The notes beneath the pieces are model-generated. The model ran no database searches and had not been told where the DNA came from. It saw only the letters and a list, made by a program, of their open reading frames with translations. This document shows positions 10,503 through 21,600 of a stretch of 64,000 nt of DNA, one piece after another. Source of the DNA: Clostridia bacterium (GTDB lineage Bacteria > Bacillota > Clostridia > UMGS1883); contig JAZQAO010000027.1 of assembly GCA_045545295.1 (NCBI GenBank), forward strand, positions 11,538 to 75,537. Reading direction: 5' to 3'. Positions within the stretch are counted from its first letter, which is position 1. Each line of letters opens with the position of its first letter. A program made the translations under genes and the position numbers.

Positions 10503-11930
10503 TTACTTTTTCACAAATTTCGAGGGTGAAACTTCCTCATATTTCAGAAATATCCTTCTAAACGTCCTTGAATTTTTAAATCCTGATTTTTCCGATAATT
10601 CTTCTATTGTGATTTCGGGATTTGCAAGCATCAGCTTTTTTGCTTCATCAATTCTGACTTTGTTTATATAATCCAGAAGTTTTATATCGGTATTGCGCTT
10701 AAACATATTTGAAAGATATGCCGGATTAATGTAGAATCTGGCGGCAATTGCATTAACATTCATATCAGCATCTGCATAATTTTCACGCACATACTGCTTA
10801 ATTTTCTCACAGAACGGAGATGCAACCCCCTTATTGCTTTCAGCGATACACTCGCACACTTCTTTCAGATATTCTTTTAAAATATATTCCATTTCGATAA
10901 CGGAATCAGCATAGAAAATATTATTAAGATTTTTACTGCAACCCAATCTTATACCATTTTCTTTTTCTGTTTCTCCAATTGCTTTAAGTATGGTGCCTGC
11001 AACTTCAAACATAAAACACCTGATTATGTATATCGGGTAACTTTTCTGATATAGGATTTCATCAAGTGCGTTGCGTATCAAACCGTAAGCACGGGCGAAA
11101 TCACCCTTTTTAATATAAATGATAATACCTATTTCAGTATCAACGGAATAGTTATATGCTTCACAACTGCGCTGTGCAATTTTATCAGAATCCAGTATAC
11201 AACCATCTTTCTGACATAAAAACGCAGTTTCTTTAACTTCGCGGTAGATAGCCGGAAGATCACCGGGACTTTCTGCAGTTCTTCCGTAGATGACATCCGC
11301 TTCAGTATCAAATTCGGATTTAAGTACATTAATGAATTTTCTTGAAACTCTTTCTATCTTTTCTTTTAAGTTTTCAGTAGAACTTGTAAAGTTTATAATC
11401 ATACACAATTGTCCGGCAGACCGGTTTTCCGAAAAACATACTTCTGCCAGTTCTGAAAAATGCTCTTCTGCAGTTTTTCTGACTTTGTTTGCCAATTCTT
11501 CAGAAACGTAATTTTTTCCATAAACAACAAAAAGTACACTTGCATTACAGGTAAGTTCCTGAAATGCATTTTTGATTTCTGATTCAGGACGTTTTCCCTC
11601 AAAAAATTCAGAAATGATTTTCTTCCTGACCTCGCCTTCAAGTATGTGTTTCTCCTTCACAAGCAAAGAAAGCCGTTCTTCAACACTTCCGGAATATGAT
11701 TCATTACCGTCTGATGACTCATCAAGCACTTTGAAAATCTTTCTTAAAAGTTTTTGTTTTTTCAGAATGAAAACCATCATTACACAAACAAGCCCTATAG
11801 ACAGTAAAAACAAAATCATTCTTGCAGTCGTATTATTAATACAGAAATATGCAACCGCCATAGCTAAAACAGTTAACGCAATCAGAACACTATATTTATT
11901 TTTATCATTGTCCTTTTTTACATTTTTCAT
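10503..11930 (-). CDS. Membrane-anchored AraC family transcriptional regulator (YesS-like C-terminal part)
   Basis: Two N-terminal hydrophobic helices; C-terminal YLSNMFKR...RIDEAKKL...SGFKNSRTFRRIFLKYEEVSP AraC HTH. Confidence 0.8.
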   Translation of the reverse strand: MKNVKKDNDKNKYSVLIALTVLAMAVAYFCINNTTARMILFLLSIGLVCVMMVFILKKQKLLRKIFKVLDESSDGNESYSGSVEERLSLLVKEKHILEGEVRKKIISEFFEGKRPESEIKNAFQELTCNASVLFVVYGKNYVSEELANKVRKTAEEHFSELAEVCFSENRSAGQLCMIINFTSSTENLKEKIERVSRKFINVLKSEFDTEADVIYGRTAESPGDLPAIYREVKETAFLCQKDGCILDSDKIAQRSCEAYNYSVDTEIGIIIYIKKGDFARAYGLIRNALDEILYQKSYPIYIIRCFMFEVAGTILKAIGETEKENGIRLGCSKNLNNIFYADSVIEMEYILKEYLKEVCECIAESNKGVASPFCEKIKQYVRENYADADMNVNAIAARFYINPAYLSNMFKRNTDIKLLDYINKVRIDEAKKLMLANPEITIEELSEKSGFKNSRTFRRIFLKYEEVSPSKFVKK

Positions 11931-12049
11931 ATTTTTCCCTTTCAATTCTGCATAGTATGCTTAATACAATTATTACATAAATGCTGAATTTTGTACACAC
12001 ATAAAACTTTGGAAGACTGGACATTTTCTTACAGAAGAATACACATCAC

Positions 12050-14209
12050 TTAATTAATTTCCTTTATTAAGTCACTGTCACCGCCAAGAATTATATCTCC
12101 AAGGAGCATCAGAAGGACGCCCGTACCGTGATTGTCATCCTTAACAGTACCTAGTCTTAAGTAGTAAGAAACATCCATAGAACAGCTTGAACCCATGCAT
12201 ACATTATAAAAAACACCGTCTTTATCTACGCATTTTGAAAGAAGTGCTTTTAAGCCACGTTTTACATTTGTTATATACTTTTTGTCAATCCAACCATACT
12301 TTACTCCGCGGTACATTGCAAGTGTAAACATAGCGGTGCATGATGCTTCCTGATAGCTGTCTTCAACATCAAGCACCTGGTGCCACATTCCGTCTTTGTC
12401 CTGGAATTCAGTCAATCCTTCACAGAATTCAGCAAACGCTGAGCGTAGGACATCAACCTTTTCCCCGTTTTCATCAGCTAAAGTACGAAGTACCTCACTT
12501 AAGGAAAGAGCAACCCAGCCGTTGCCGCGTCCCCAGGGAATGCTGTTCTTCAGTTCGGTATCCAGGAAGAATATATGTGAAAAGATTTTCTTTTCAGGCA
12601 TATAGAGTCTTTTTTTAAATCCGCGAATCTGGGTAACAATCTCATCAAGACATTCTGTTACGCCAAGGTCCTTATATAATCTTATAAGGAACGGACAAGC
12701 CATAAAGAAATCGTCTGCCCACATTGTTTTACTTTCACGTCTGCAGAAAGTACCGTCATCAAAACGTGAAATTTCTGTTTTTATATTTTCATAAAGTCTG
12801 AGGGCAATATCATAATATTTCTTATCGCCGGTTTCTTTATAAGCCTCAATAAAATTGACACCCATTGTACCATTAAAGTCAAGAAGCTTTACAGACGATG
12901 CACCAATCATAAAGTTTGCAAAATTATACTTTGAAAAATCATATCTTGCATAATCGTACCAGTCTGCCAAAAACGACATTGCCGTTAAGAAATACTCTGT
13001 ATACTTTTTATCTTTTAAGGCATTTCCCGCATGGCGGATTCCGTAACAGCAAAGCATTGTAGCATAATACCAGTGACCGAAAAAGCTTGAATCTATATAC
13101 GCCCTTAAATCTGCATTCTGAAATCTCCAGAAAACAGTTTCACCTTTTTCGTTAATAAAAGGCTTTATCACAGCATTATTAACCGCTATTGTTTTGTCTG
13201 TATAAAATGGTCCGCAGTACATAAATTTAAATTCTTCTTTTCTGTCTGTCTTAAGTATGGGAAGTCCTACACCTTTACACTCTTTAATTTCAAATCCCCA
13301 TTTATTATTTTCTTTTTTCGACCTTAAAAGAATTTTTTCATTTTTAACTGCCTTTATTTCTTTTTCTTCACCGGACAGCATGCTGCAGATATGCTTATCG
13401 TTTATAAATACATCTGTTTTTGAATCTGCCCTGAGGACAACATATCCGTCAGCTTCCGCATAAGAATAAGAAAAAGCATACTCTCCGTCATTATACATTT
13501 TTGAGAAATCTACTTTGTTTTCTTCTTTTATTATTTCAGGAAACTTATAAACCTGCTTTTTTTCAAAGTCACAAGGTGTATTGTAGGCTTCTTCTACAGT
13601 ATCAAAGCCTGTATAAAGGGGTGAAACTGCAATTCCTTCTTCTCTTGTTAGTCCTTCTATAGGAAGATGCATACGTGCCATAACTAGGTAGAAATTCGCC
13701 CATAAGCTTGCACAACTCGGTGGAGATATATTGAGCCAGAATCCACCGTTTTCTTCTTCGAAAACATACTTTATAATAAGATTATTTGCTTCACCTTTTT
13801 TAAGGTGGACAGGTAATGATATGTATTTTTTATTCTCATTGACTTCTTTAGCTTTTTCATAAGAAGAAAAGAGGCATTCTCCGTCAAGGGAAACACTTAC
13901 AAGCCCTGTTACATTTATCCATACTGTGTAGTCTTTTTCTATTTCTATATTTCCCGATACGTAAGCTACATCCCCTGTTTTTGCTTCGGGATAGATTTTC
14001 TTCATATCAAAAAAAATATCGTGTTTACGCTTTTTTCTGTAGGATATTTCTTCCATAAATATGTAAGGTTTCCACATAGGTTCTTTTACGGGTCTTGTCT
14101 TCATCAGATTTCCAAGCACCGTTAAGGAAATTTCCTCAAATGAATTTGTTGTATTTAAAACAGAATCTTTTTCGTTCATTTTAACATTTACAACTTCATC
14201 GCTCATCAT
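12050..14209 (-). CDS. GH105/GH88 family unsaturated glycuronyl (rhamnogalacturonyl) hydrolase with long N-terminal extension
   Basis: Motifs MWADDFFM, WGRGNGW, GMWHQVL, EASCTAMF; no signal peptide. Confidence 0.8.
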   Translation of the reverse strand: MMSDEVVNVKMNEKDSVLNTTNSFEEISLTVLGNLMKTRPVKEPMWKPYIFMEEISYRKKRKHDIFFDMKKIYPEAKTGDVAYVSGNIEIEKDYTVWINVTGLVSVSLDGECLFSSYEKAKEVNENKKYISLPVHLKKGEANNLIIKYVFEEENGGFWLNISPPSCASLWANFYLVMARMHLPIEGLTREEGIAVSPLYTGFDTVEEAYNTPCDFEKKQVYKFPEIIKEENKVDFSKMYNDGEYAFSYSYAEADGYVVLRADSKTDVFINDKHICSMLSGEEKEIKAVKNEKILLRSKKENNKWGFEIKECKGVGLPILKTDRKEEFKFMYCGPFYTDKTIAVNNAVIKPFINEKGETVFWRFQNADLRAYIDSSFFGHWYYATMLCCYGIRHAGNALKDKKYTEYFLTAMSFLADWYDYARYDFSKYNFANFMIGASSVKLLDFNGTMGVNFIEAYKETGDKKYYDIALRLYENIKTEISRFDDGTFCRRESKTMWADDFFMACPFLIRLYKDLGVTECLDEIVTQIRGFKKRLYMPEKKIFSHIFFLDTELKNSIPWGRGNGWVALSLSEVLRTLADENGEKVDVLRSAFAEFCEGLTEFQDKDGMWHQVLDVEDSYQEASCTAMFTLAMYRGVKYGWIDKKYITNVKRGLKALLSKCVDKDGVFYNVCMGSSCSMDVSYYLRLGTVKDDNHGTGVLLMLLGDIILGGDSDLIKEIN

Positions 14210-14400
14210 ATACCCCTCCAGTTCACAAAGCTAAGTTAACACTTCTTTTACAGCTTTGTCAATGCGCATTTTTGGAAACTATCGGTCTTTTTCTTTGATT
14301 CAGCAAAAAGTCCGCAAAAAACATATAGAAACGAGGACAATTTCTTTTATTCACCATACAAAAAACTCTATAATAAATCCAGTATTAATACAAAGAGAAA

Positions 14401-14462
14401 GGGCGCTACGGAAAATTCCGTAACGCCCAACTATTTATATAAACTCATGGCAAGTTTATATC
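14401..14462 (-). terminator. Double-hairpin operon-end element with rho-independent terminator (copy 1)
   Basis: On the minus strand: ATATAAAC-TTGCCATGA-GTTTATAT hairpin, then GGGCGTTACGG/CCGTAGCGCCC stem followed by TTTTCTCTTT. Confidence 0.65.
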
Positions 14463-14478
14463 TTAATAAATCATCTGA

Positions 14479-14991
14479 CTACTTCTTATTCTTTTTTAAA
14501 TCAAGTCTTACTATGCCGATTCCTGCCGACAGTGTTGTTGCTATATGGGAAATCACCATTGTATATGCTCCCACGCTTATATCATAAATCATCCATATAG
14601 CACCGTTAAAGAGCATAAACACACGATAAAGTGACGGTTTCTCCTGCATAAGACTAAGAGCACAGGTTAAAGCTGCCAGTGCAGAAATTAAATCCACAGG
14701 ACTTTTATAAGTAGTTAATGAACATACAAGAAACGCAACTAAAAATACTACAGACAATGCTATTGGTGCTTTCTTGTCCTTTACTCTGAAAAAGTAATAT
14801 ATTACTGCCTGCAGTAATGCCACAAGATATATGCCGCAGCCTGACAAACCACCTAGCAAAATATAACTTAATGCACCTACACCGTTACAAATAAGCTGAC
14901 ATACCAGTATCCATCTTATATTTTTCAGTTGCATGGAAAGTATCGCTGCCAAAGACACAATCAATCCGCATATCTGCGAAAAAACAAACAT
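14479..14991 (-). CDS. YgjV-family small inner-membrane protein
   Basis: 170 aa, highly hydrophobic, with YILLGG..G and W.IYD...GAY motifs. Confidence 0.65.
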   Translation of the reverse strand: MFVFSQICGLIVSLAAILSMQLKNIRWILVCQLICNGVGALSYILLGGLSGCGIYLVALLQAVIYYFFRVKDKKAPIALSVVFLVAFLVCSLTTYKSPVDLISALAALTCALSLMQEKPSLYRVFMLFNGAIWMIYDISVGAYTMVISHIATTLSAGIGIVRLDLKKNKK

Positions 14992-14994
14992 AAT

Positions 14995-17349
14995 TTATCT
15001 CCTTACAATCATAAAGCGGTCAATACATATTCTGTCCTCGTTGCCGTTTGATTCAAAGGAATTGCCCTCACCCTTTATTCTTACATATATATCACACTTA
15101 TCAAAGGGGAATATCCTGCGAAGAGGCTGAAGCTTGATTGCAAGACCGTTTGACTCTTTAACATACAGCGCAGAATCTGATTTATCATCAACACACGTAA
15201 TGTCACTGATTTTAAACCACTTATATTCACCACCGTCAAGGTCTGATTTTTTAATAACAAGCTCCTGAACAACTCTGTTATTATGTGTAAGATATAAGGA
15301 TAACGACCAATTTTCCTTATTTGCAAGCTTATCTGTAAGTCCGAGATATTCTCCTTTGAAATTCAATACAAAGGGAGAATCTGCCTTCTCATCAGCTTCA
15401 GTCAATACATTTTTCTGATTTTTAAGGAAGCGCACAATTCTGTAAGCAGGAATGTTATATATATCTTCCTTTACAGTTCCTTCTATAATTTCGGGAACTG
15501 TAAAATCTGAATATGTATCGCACTTTATTCTTTCTAACAAATCAATCTGTTCCGACAGTCTTTCAATAAAGGTGCTATCATTATGAATAGATGTGCGACC
15601 GATACGGAAAGCATATTTTTCACGAAGTTCACTCATTGCCTCCAGAACTTTATCAGCTGCTTCCGAAACTGTAGGAAGATTTATTTCAAACCCTTTAAGT
15701 TCTGCCTCTCGCTGAAAGTCCTGATGCTGAATAGCTATTGAACGGTAAAGAGCCATTGAAGCCTCTCTCACCCTCTGTTCGAGAATATCATCGCCCTTCA
15801 CTGCATCAAAGGCTTTTTCAAAGAGTTTTACTCCCTCTGCCGCAAATTCAGGAGTGATATAGTTCCAGTTAGAGCAGGTCTGGTCAAGCATTACATACAT
15901 TGGTGAAGCTGACATAAGTTCATAAGCCTTATCAAGGTACTCACGCAGATATTTTGCCGCATTTCCGAAATATTTGGGCATAAAATCATTCATAAGCATT
16001 TCAAAATCATAATACGGATTTTCCATATATTTTGTAATAAGCCACTGGTTAAGAGGCCAGAAATCAAGCATAAACGAAAGCTCATTTTCTACAAAGCACC
16101 CTGTAAGACCTTCCTCAAAATATGCACGGTAGGTTTCGGGAATAAGGAACATAATCGGCATCGTAAACTGCGGGAAAAGATAAAGGTTATATTCCCACGC
16201 ATAAAGAGATGCCCCTGATTTTTTACAAAGCTCTGCCCACTGTCTTAACATTTTCAGCATATTGCTGTTTGATTTGTGGTGTATACTGTGAATTCCGTCT
16301 TCAAGAAGATGTGCAAATCTTATAATTACATTTGATTCGGGAACAGTATCGTCCTTTGGCGGTTCTATGTAGTCCCAGTATGCAAGAGTTTCAAGAACTG
16401 CTTCGGGATAGATTTCCCTTGCTTCACGTGCAAGGCGGTTTACAAATTTAAGATAATGACCGCTTCTTCCCGATTTTTCAACAGATGCTTTACACTCAGG
16501 GCATTCACAGTGAACTCTGTTATCCGAAACGGAAACAGAGAAAAAGTGAGGTTTATTTATACCATACTTATCTGCACTCTTAAACTCCGATTTAATAACT
16601 GTAAGGAGTTTATCACGCATAGCATCATAAAAGCCTTCGTTGCACAAACAGTACTGTCTGTCACTTTTCCTGCGCTGCTCTGCCTCGTCCCATCCCCACC
16701 AGTCAGGATGCTCGTTAAAATATTCTTTTGCAGGAATGTACAAAGAAAGTGTATGTACGTGACCGGGTTTTGCCGCCCAGTATGCACCGCCTGTTTTTCT
16801 TACCGTGCTGTTATACGCTTTATCAATTACATTGTCACCTGTTCCGACGGCATTGATTTTGCTTCTTGCACAGTAATTAAAATCTGTATATCCGAAAGAA
16901 TCTACAGTTTTTCTGTATTTAAACGCAGGTGTGCCGGAATTTAAGTAGTCCTTTTCAATTTTCAGCTCTGCAAGGGATGGAACATATTCCTCTACATGAT
17001 TCCACCAGCGGATACCTACAATATCTTCAAGAAAATGAGCAACCGCATAAAAAATGCCTCTGTCTGCATTGGTAAGACCGCCTGTAATTACAATGCTGTT
17101 TTCTTTTTCTGCAATTATCCAGTTTTCTTCAGAGTTACCTTTTACTCCGTTTTTCTCTGCAAAATCCGTGTAACCGATATAAATACCGTTTTCCTCACAG
17201 GCTTCTTCCTTTATTGGAAGTGCAACACCTGTTGCTTTAAGAATATACGTTTTTAGTTCTTCCGCAGCATATTCCTCAACCTCGGAAAAATCTGCAGGAA
17301 TTATTATTGGCATACATGCCTTTTGTTCTTTTACTATATACAATGACAT
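14995..17349 (-). CDS. DUF4838 domain protein (putative glycan-active enzyme)
   Basis: AAEELKTYI..ATG, G.RWW, HT(L/F), CECPEC and LAYW motifs; ATG at 17349 after GAGGTGG RBS. Confidence 0.7.
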   Translation of the reverse strand: MSLYIVKEQKACMPIIIPADFSEVEEYAAEELKTYILKATGVALPIKEEACEENGIYIGYTDFAEKNGVKGNSEENWIIAEKENSIVITGGLTNADRGIFYAVAHFLEDIVGIRWWNHVEEYVPSLAELKIEKDYLNSGTPAFKYRKTVDSFGYTDFNYCARSKINAVGTGDNVIDKAYNSTVRKTGGAYWAAKPGHVHTLSLYIPAKEYFNEHPDWWGWDEAEQRRKSDRQYCLCNEGFYDAMRDKLLTVIKSEFKSADKYGINKPHFFSVSVSDNRVHCECPECKASVEKSGRSGHYLKFVNRLAREAREIYPEAVLETLAYWDYIEPPKDDTVPESNVIIRFAHLLEDGIHSIHHKSNSNMLKMLRQWAELCKKSGASLYAWEYNLYLFPQFTMPIMFLIPETYRAYFEEGLTGCFVENELSFMLDFWPLNQWLITKYMENPYYDFEMLMNDFMPKYFGNAAKYLREYLDKAYELMSASPMYVMLDQTCSNWNYITPEFAAEGVKLFEKAFDAVKGDDILEQRVREASMALYRSIAIQHQDFQREAELKGFEINLPTVSEAADKVLEAMSELREKYAFRIGRTSIHNDSTFIERLSEQIDLLERIKCDTYSDFTVPEIIEGTVKEDIYNIPAYRIVRFLKNQKNVLTEADEKADSPFVLNFKGEYLGLTDKLANKENWSLSLYLTHNNRVVQELVIKKSDLDGGEYKWFKISDITCVDDKSDSALYVKESNGLAIKLQPLRRIFPFDKCDIYVRIKGEGNSFESNGNEDRICIDRFMIVRR

Positions 17350-17361
17350 TTGTTCCACCTC

Positions 17362-18660
17362 TTATGCGTTAGGTAAATATGCACCCATATCTTTAAGTTG
17401 TTTTTGCAGCTTCTTAACATCAAGCGAACGAATTCCGACATTCTCATTAGCTGACAGAGCAGCTGCCGCACCTGCCGCCATACCTGTAATAAAGCACCCC
17501 GGCATTACACGAAGTGACCCTATAATCTCTCTGTCACCGCTTATGCATCTGCCTGCCATAAGAAGATTTGTGGTGTTTTTAGGAATAAGGCAACCGAATG
17601 GTATACCGTAGCTTCTGCCCTTTTCGTAATCTTTCTCAAAAATACCTTCAAATTTTTCTTTTGCATCTATTCCTGATTTATGCATATCAATGGGATACGC
17701 ATAGCGTCCTATTTCATTTTCAAAAACTGCATAGTTGAAATATGCATCAGCGGTAAGATATTCTTCACCGATAATTCGTCTCGATTCTCTGATTCCAAGA
17801 ACGTTTGCAGTTGAATCAAGCCTTGCACTTTCATAACCGGGAAGATAATTTCTGTAGTAATACTCGTATTCACCCATACGTCTGCGAGCGTCAAGAATAC
17901 CCTCTGTAACAGATTCCGCACTTGTGCCGTCAACACCGAACGAGTGACCGATATTTCCGCCGCCACGGTCGTTTTCAAAGGGCCACATTCCCGAAAGTTT
18001 GGGGTCCTCAACACTAAACACACCATCTTCAAATGCCTTGGGAAGCATTCTTGCATCAGGGTCCTTCCCTGCTTCAAAAACGGCTCTCGACCAGTCTATA
18101 CCGCTCCATGTTGTACATAATGTTGCAGGCATCATAAGTCCGTTTTCGTCACCGATTTCAAATGATGCACCTGCCTTTACCGACAGTGTACCGTTGCCTG
18201 TTGCATCAATATAAACCTTTGCCCTGGCAGCACAAAGCTCCTCGCCCGAACGAAGAATCAGATATTTAATTTCTCCGTTTTCCGTTTCGGCATCTATAAC
18301 CTCGGTTTCGAAAGTAAACTGTGCACCTGATTCTACCATAATGTTGTCATAGACAAGCTTAAGTTTTTCAGTGTCTATAGGGATTTCCTTAAGGGTAAAG
18401 TCCCCGTTTTCCCCGTAAAGTGCATCAAAAATTTCTCTGCCTATACCGCCTGCCAGGAAATTTTCACCGTCAGAAAAGCGCATAAATGCCGGTACAAGTG
18501 CAAGAGTTGCCATACCGCCAAAGCACTGTGCTCTTTCTGCACAAAATACCTTTGCGCCCATTCTTGCTGCAGTAACGGCTGCTGCAATTCCTGCCGGACC
18601 GCCACCTGCAACAAACACATCTACATCATATTTAAGATTAATTTCTCGCTGATAATTCAT
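17362..18660 (-). CDS. FAD-dependent oxidoreductase (PF12831-type)
   Basis: DVFVAGGGPAG, IDATG, RESRRI, NLLMAGRCIS, SLRVMP motifs. Confidence 0.85.
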   Translation of the reverse strand: MNYQREINLKYDVDVFVAGGGPAGIAAAVTAARMGAKVFCAERAQCFGGMATLALVPAFMRFSDGENFLAGGIGREIFDALYGENGDFTLKEIPIDTEKLKLVYDNIMVESGAQFTFETEVIDAETENGEIKYLILRSGEELCAARAKVYIDATGNGTLSVKAGASFEIGDENGLMMPATLCTTWSGIDWSRAVFEAGKDPDARMLPKAFEDGVFSVEDPKLSGMWPFENDRGGGNIGHSFGVDGTSAESVTEGILDARRRMGEYEYYYRNYLPGYESARLDSTANVLGIRESRRIIGEEYLTADAYFNYAVFENEIGRYAYPIDMHKSGIDAKEKFEGIFEKDYEKGRSYGIPFGCLIPKNTTNLLMAGRCISGDREIIGSLRVMPGCFITGMAAGAAAALSANENVGIRSLDVKKLQKQLKDMGAYLPNA

Positions 18661-18678
18661 TAGTGTCCTACCTCGTAA

Positions 18679-21600
18679 TTAATAAAATGTAACATTATAT
18701 CCGCTGCCGATATCGTCGGCAACAATTTTACCATTCTCGTTAAGATAAATATAAAGCTCTACCTTGCCGCCCTCATCCGTAAGGTTTGCAATGTCCTGTC
18801 TGCCGTCCCCGTTGAAATCAAGATTATAAACAGTATCACCACGGGATATATTGTACGCCATTGCTGAGTCATGACCACGCACCGGGGCAAGAGTTCTTGC
18901 TTTTATCTTCATATTCATATCCACCATTACACCGTCAGCCGGCATATAAATCCAATCCTCGTCACCTGACCAGTTTATGATGCTTGGCTTTCTGTTCCAT
19001 TCAAAACCGAATTGTTTAGTTATGAGATTTCCGTTAATGTCGTGAATGTATATAGGTTGATTTCCTGTTTCATTCATCCACCTTGAGTAATTGGGATTGC
19101 TTACAATAAGGACCTCATCCGAATTCTTTTTAAGCTTGCCCGTCAGTATTGTTTCATAATGCATACCATCTTCCTCTGCCCATACTCGCTTTCCGTTGCC
19201 GTCAATCATTACAATGTCGCACGCACCGCAAAGACACAGGCAGATTCGGATGTCCTCCGCCTTGATACCTTTGCTGAGGTTAAGTATTTTTACAGAGTCT
19301 GTATGCCCTGCCGCAAGGTCTGATGAATATTCATTCTTATCCATTATCCAGCGGTAGCTGCCATCGGGATTAACAAGGCTATAGCCTACAAGCACTTCGT
19401 CATAGCCATCGTAGTCAATATCCACAGGAAGTGGCTGATGACCGATTTTCATTCCGCCCGGCATACTTATGTGCCATATAAGCTCCCAGTCCTTTGTATA
19501 CGCCCACGCCTCATAATAGCGGCTTTTTACGATAATGTCACTGGGATAGTCCCCGCCCGTGATATTTGCGATAACTATGCAGTCTGTCGCCCACTGGTCA
19601 GGATGCGACTGACCTATGGGAAGAGGATATCGTTTTTCCTCCTTACCCGTTTGTGCATTAAGAATAACAAGTTCTGTCCGGGTACAAAGAAGCACTTCCA
19701 ATACACCGTCATTATCTATGTCATACACCTGACAGGCAGAGTCTGCACCCATAGTGGTTAACCCTTCACCTTTTGTTCCCCAAGTCCAGATAAGGGAACC
19801 GTCAAGCTCCATTGCACAAGCTGTCCGTACCTCGTGATTGTCAACATTAAACTGTTCAGTCTGACTTCTTGCACTTATAAGTTCAACTTCACCATCATTA
19901 TCAATATCTGCTGAAACAAGCCATTTACTTGCATAATCTTCATTGATTGTAACAACTTTCCACGGCTCAATATATTCGATAAGTTCGGGCTTTTCCCCTT
20001 CAGGATAAACCTGAATTTCCGAAAGTGAAGCTGTACCTTCGTATTTGGTTATAGTGAATCTTATGTATTTAACTTTTTTTGTTTCGAATTCAACAACAAG
20101 TGGCTTTCCCGATTTTGGAATATCGGAAACTTCTATACTGCTTCCGTCACTGAAAGAAAGTATTCCCTTTTGTAAATTATCTTTAGGCTGTACGCTTGGG
20201 TAAATAACAACTCTATCCACGTTCTTTTCTTCGTCCCAGCTCAGCTGTACCCAGGGAGAAGCGTCATTTTGTGCCGCCCTCCACTCGCCTATGTTGTCAA
20301 AACAGGCAATAATATTATCATTCACACCGCGTACATCATTGCCTGTACTTGCACTTGATGACTTAATTCTTGCTGAAAATGCAAGATTTTCTTCAGGAGT
20401 TTTTGCGCTTGAATTCACCTTTATTTCACTGACAGAAGCAAGTGCACCCTCATCTCCGTCAATAAACGTTATACGAAGAAATCTTGCCGCTACCGGTGAT
20501 AGGGAAAAGTTAACAGTTCCGCCGTAGAATTTATCGTCAAACACTGCTATATGAGCGTAATTTTTTCCGTTTTTTGAAACCTCTGCCTTGAATTTGTAAA
20601 GGCGGTTATGAGGAAATATAATCTCTATATCCTGCAGATAATCCGTTTTTTTCAGGTCTAAAACTATGCTTTGAGGAAATTTGCTTCTTTCTTCAGGATT
20701 GTAATGTTCAACACAAGCTGTGCTTCCCTCCGAAACTGTCGCCCATACAGACGGCAGTGAATCCCCCGCACCGTATCTTTCAAAATTCTCATCAAGAACA
20801 GTTTCTCCACCATCACCACGGGTAATTTTTATATTATCTGCATAAAACTGCCCCGAGTTTCCGCTTGAAATATGGTAACGGATACTTGAAATATTGTCCG
20901 CATCTTCACGGAAGGACTTATTTGAAAGCTTGAGAACACCGTCAACATACACATCACAAGTACGCTGGGGAATGTTAAATACGAACTTAAGGGCATACCA
21001 TGTATCAGGCTTAACCTCACTTACTATTGTAGAGCCTGTTACTACCATTTTTGAGTCGGTAATAACAGTTGTCAGAGCAATTTTTCCGTCAGAGCCAAAA
21101 AAGTACGGAAGTGCTTTTTCCCCCGCTGTATCAGTAACAAGAACATCTTCTTCGAAAACAAGAATATTTTTTTCAGGCACAAAGGAATATGTCGCCATAA
21201 GATCGCTGTCCTCCGAATATACCTTGTCAAGCATAAGGCTTAAACCCTTATCCTCTGCCATAGGAAGTTCGGATGATTGCCAGTATGTCTGCGGATTTGA
21301 GTCGGTTAAATAAGCTTTTTCTCTGCCTGAGACCTCACTTGTAACGGAAAGAGCAGCGTTATTTGTTGCTATTGCCGTTACCACTCCCTCCGCTGCTAAA
21401 CCATTGGGATAAATAACAGGTCTTTCAAGATTGGTCACATATCCTGAAAGAGGAATATCAAGTTCCTTTATACCCTTAGCCAGTTCCTTTGCATACACCG
21501 TTGCACCATAATATGTAAGGTGGGTATGGTCTGTCTGACAATTTTTATAGTTATTACTGTTTTTATCAGCGTATCTTGATTCTGCTGCCCTTGGGTCTGA

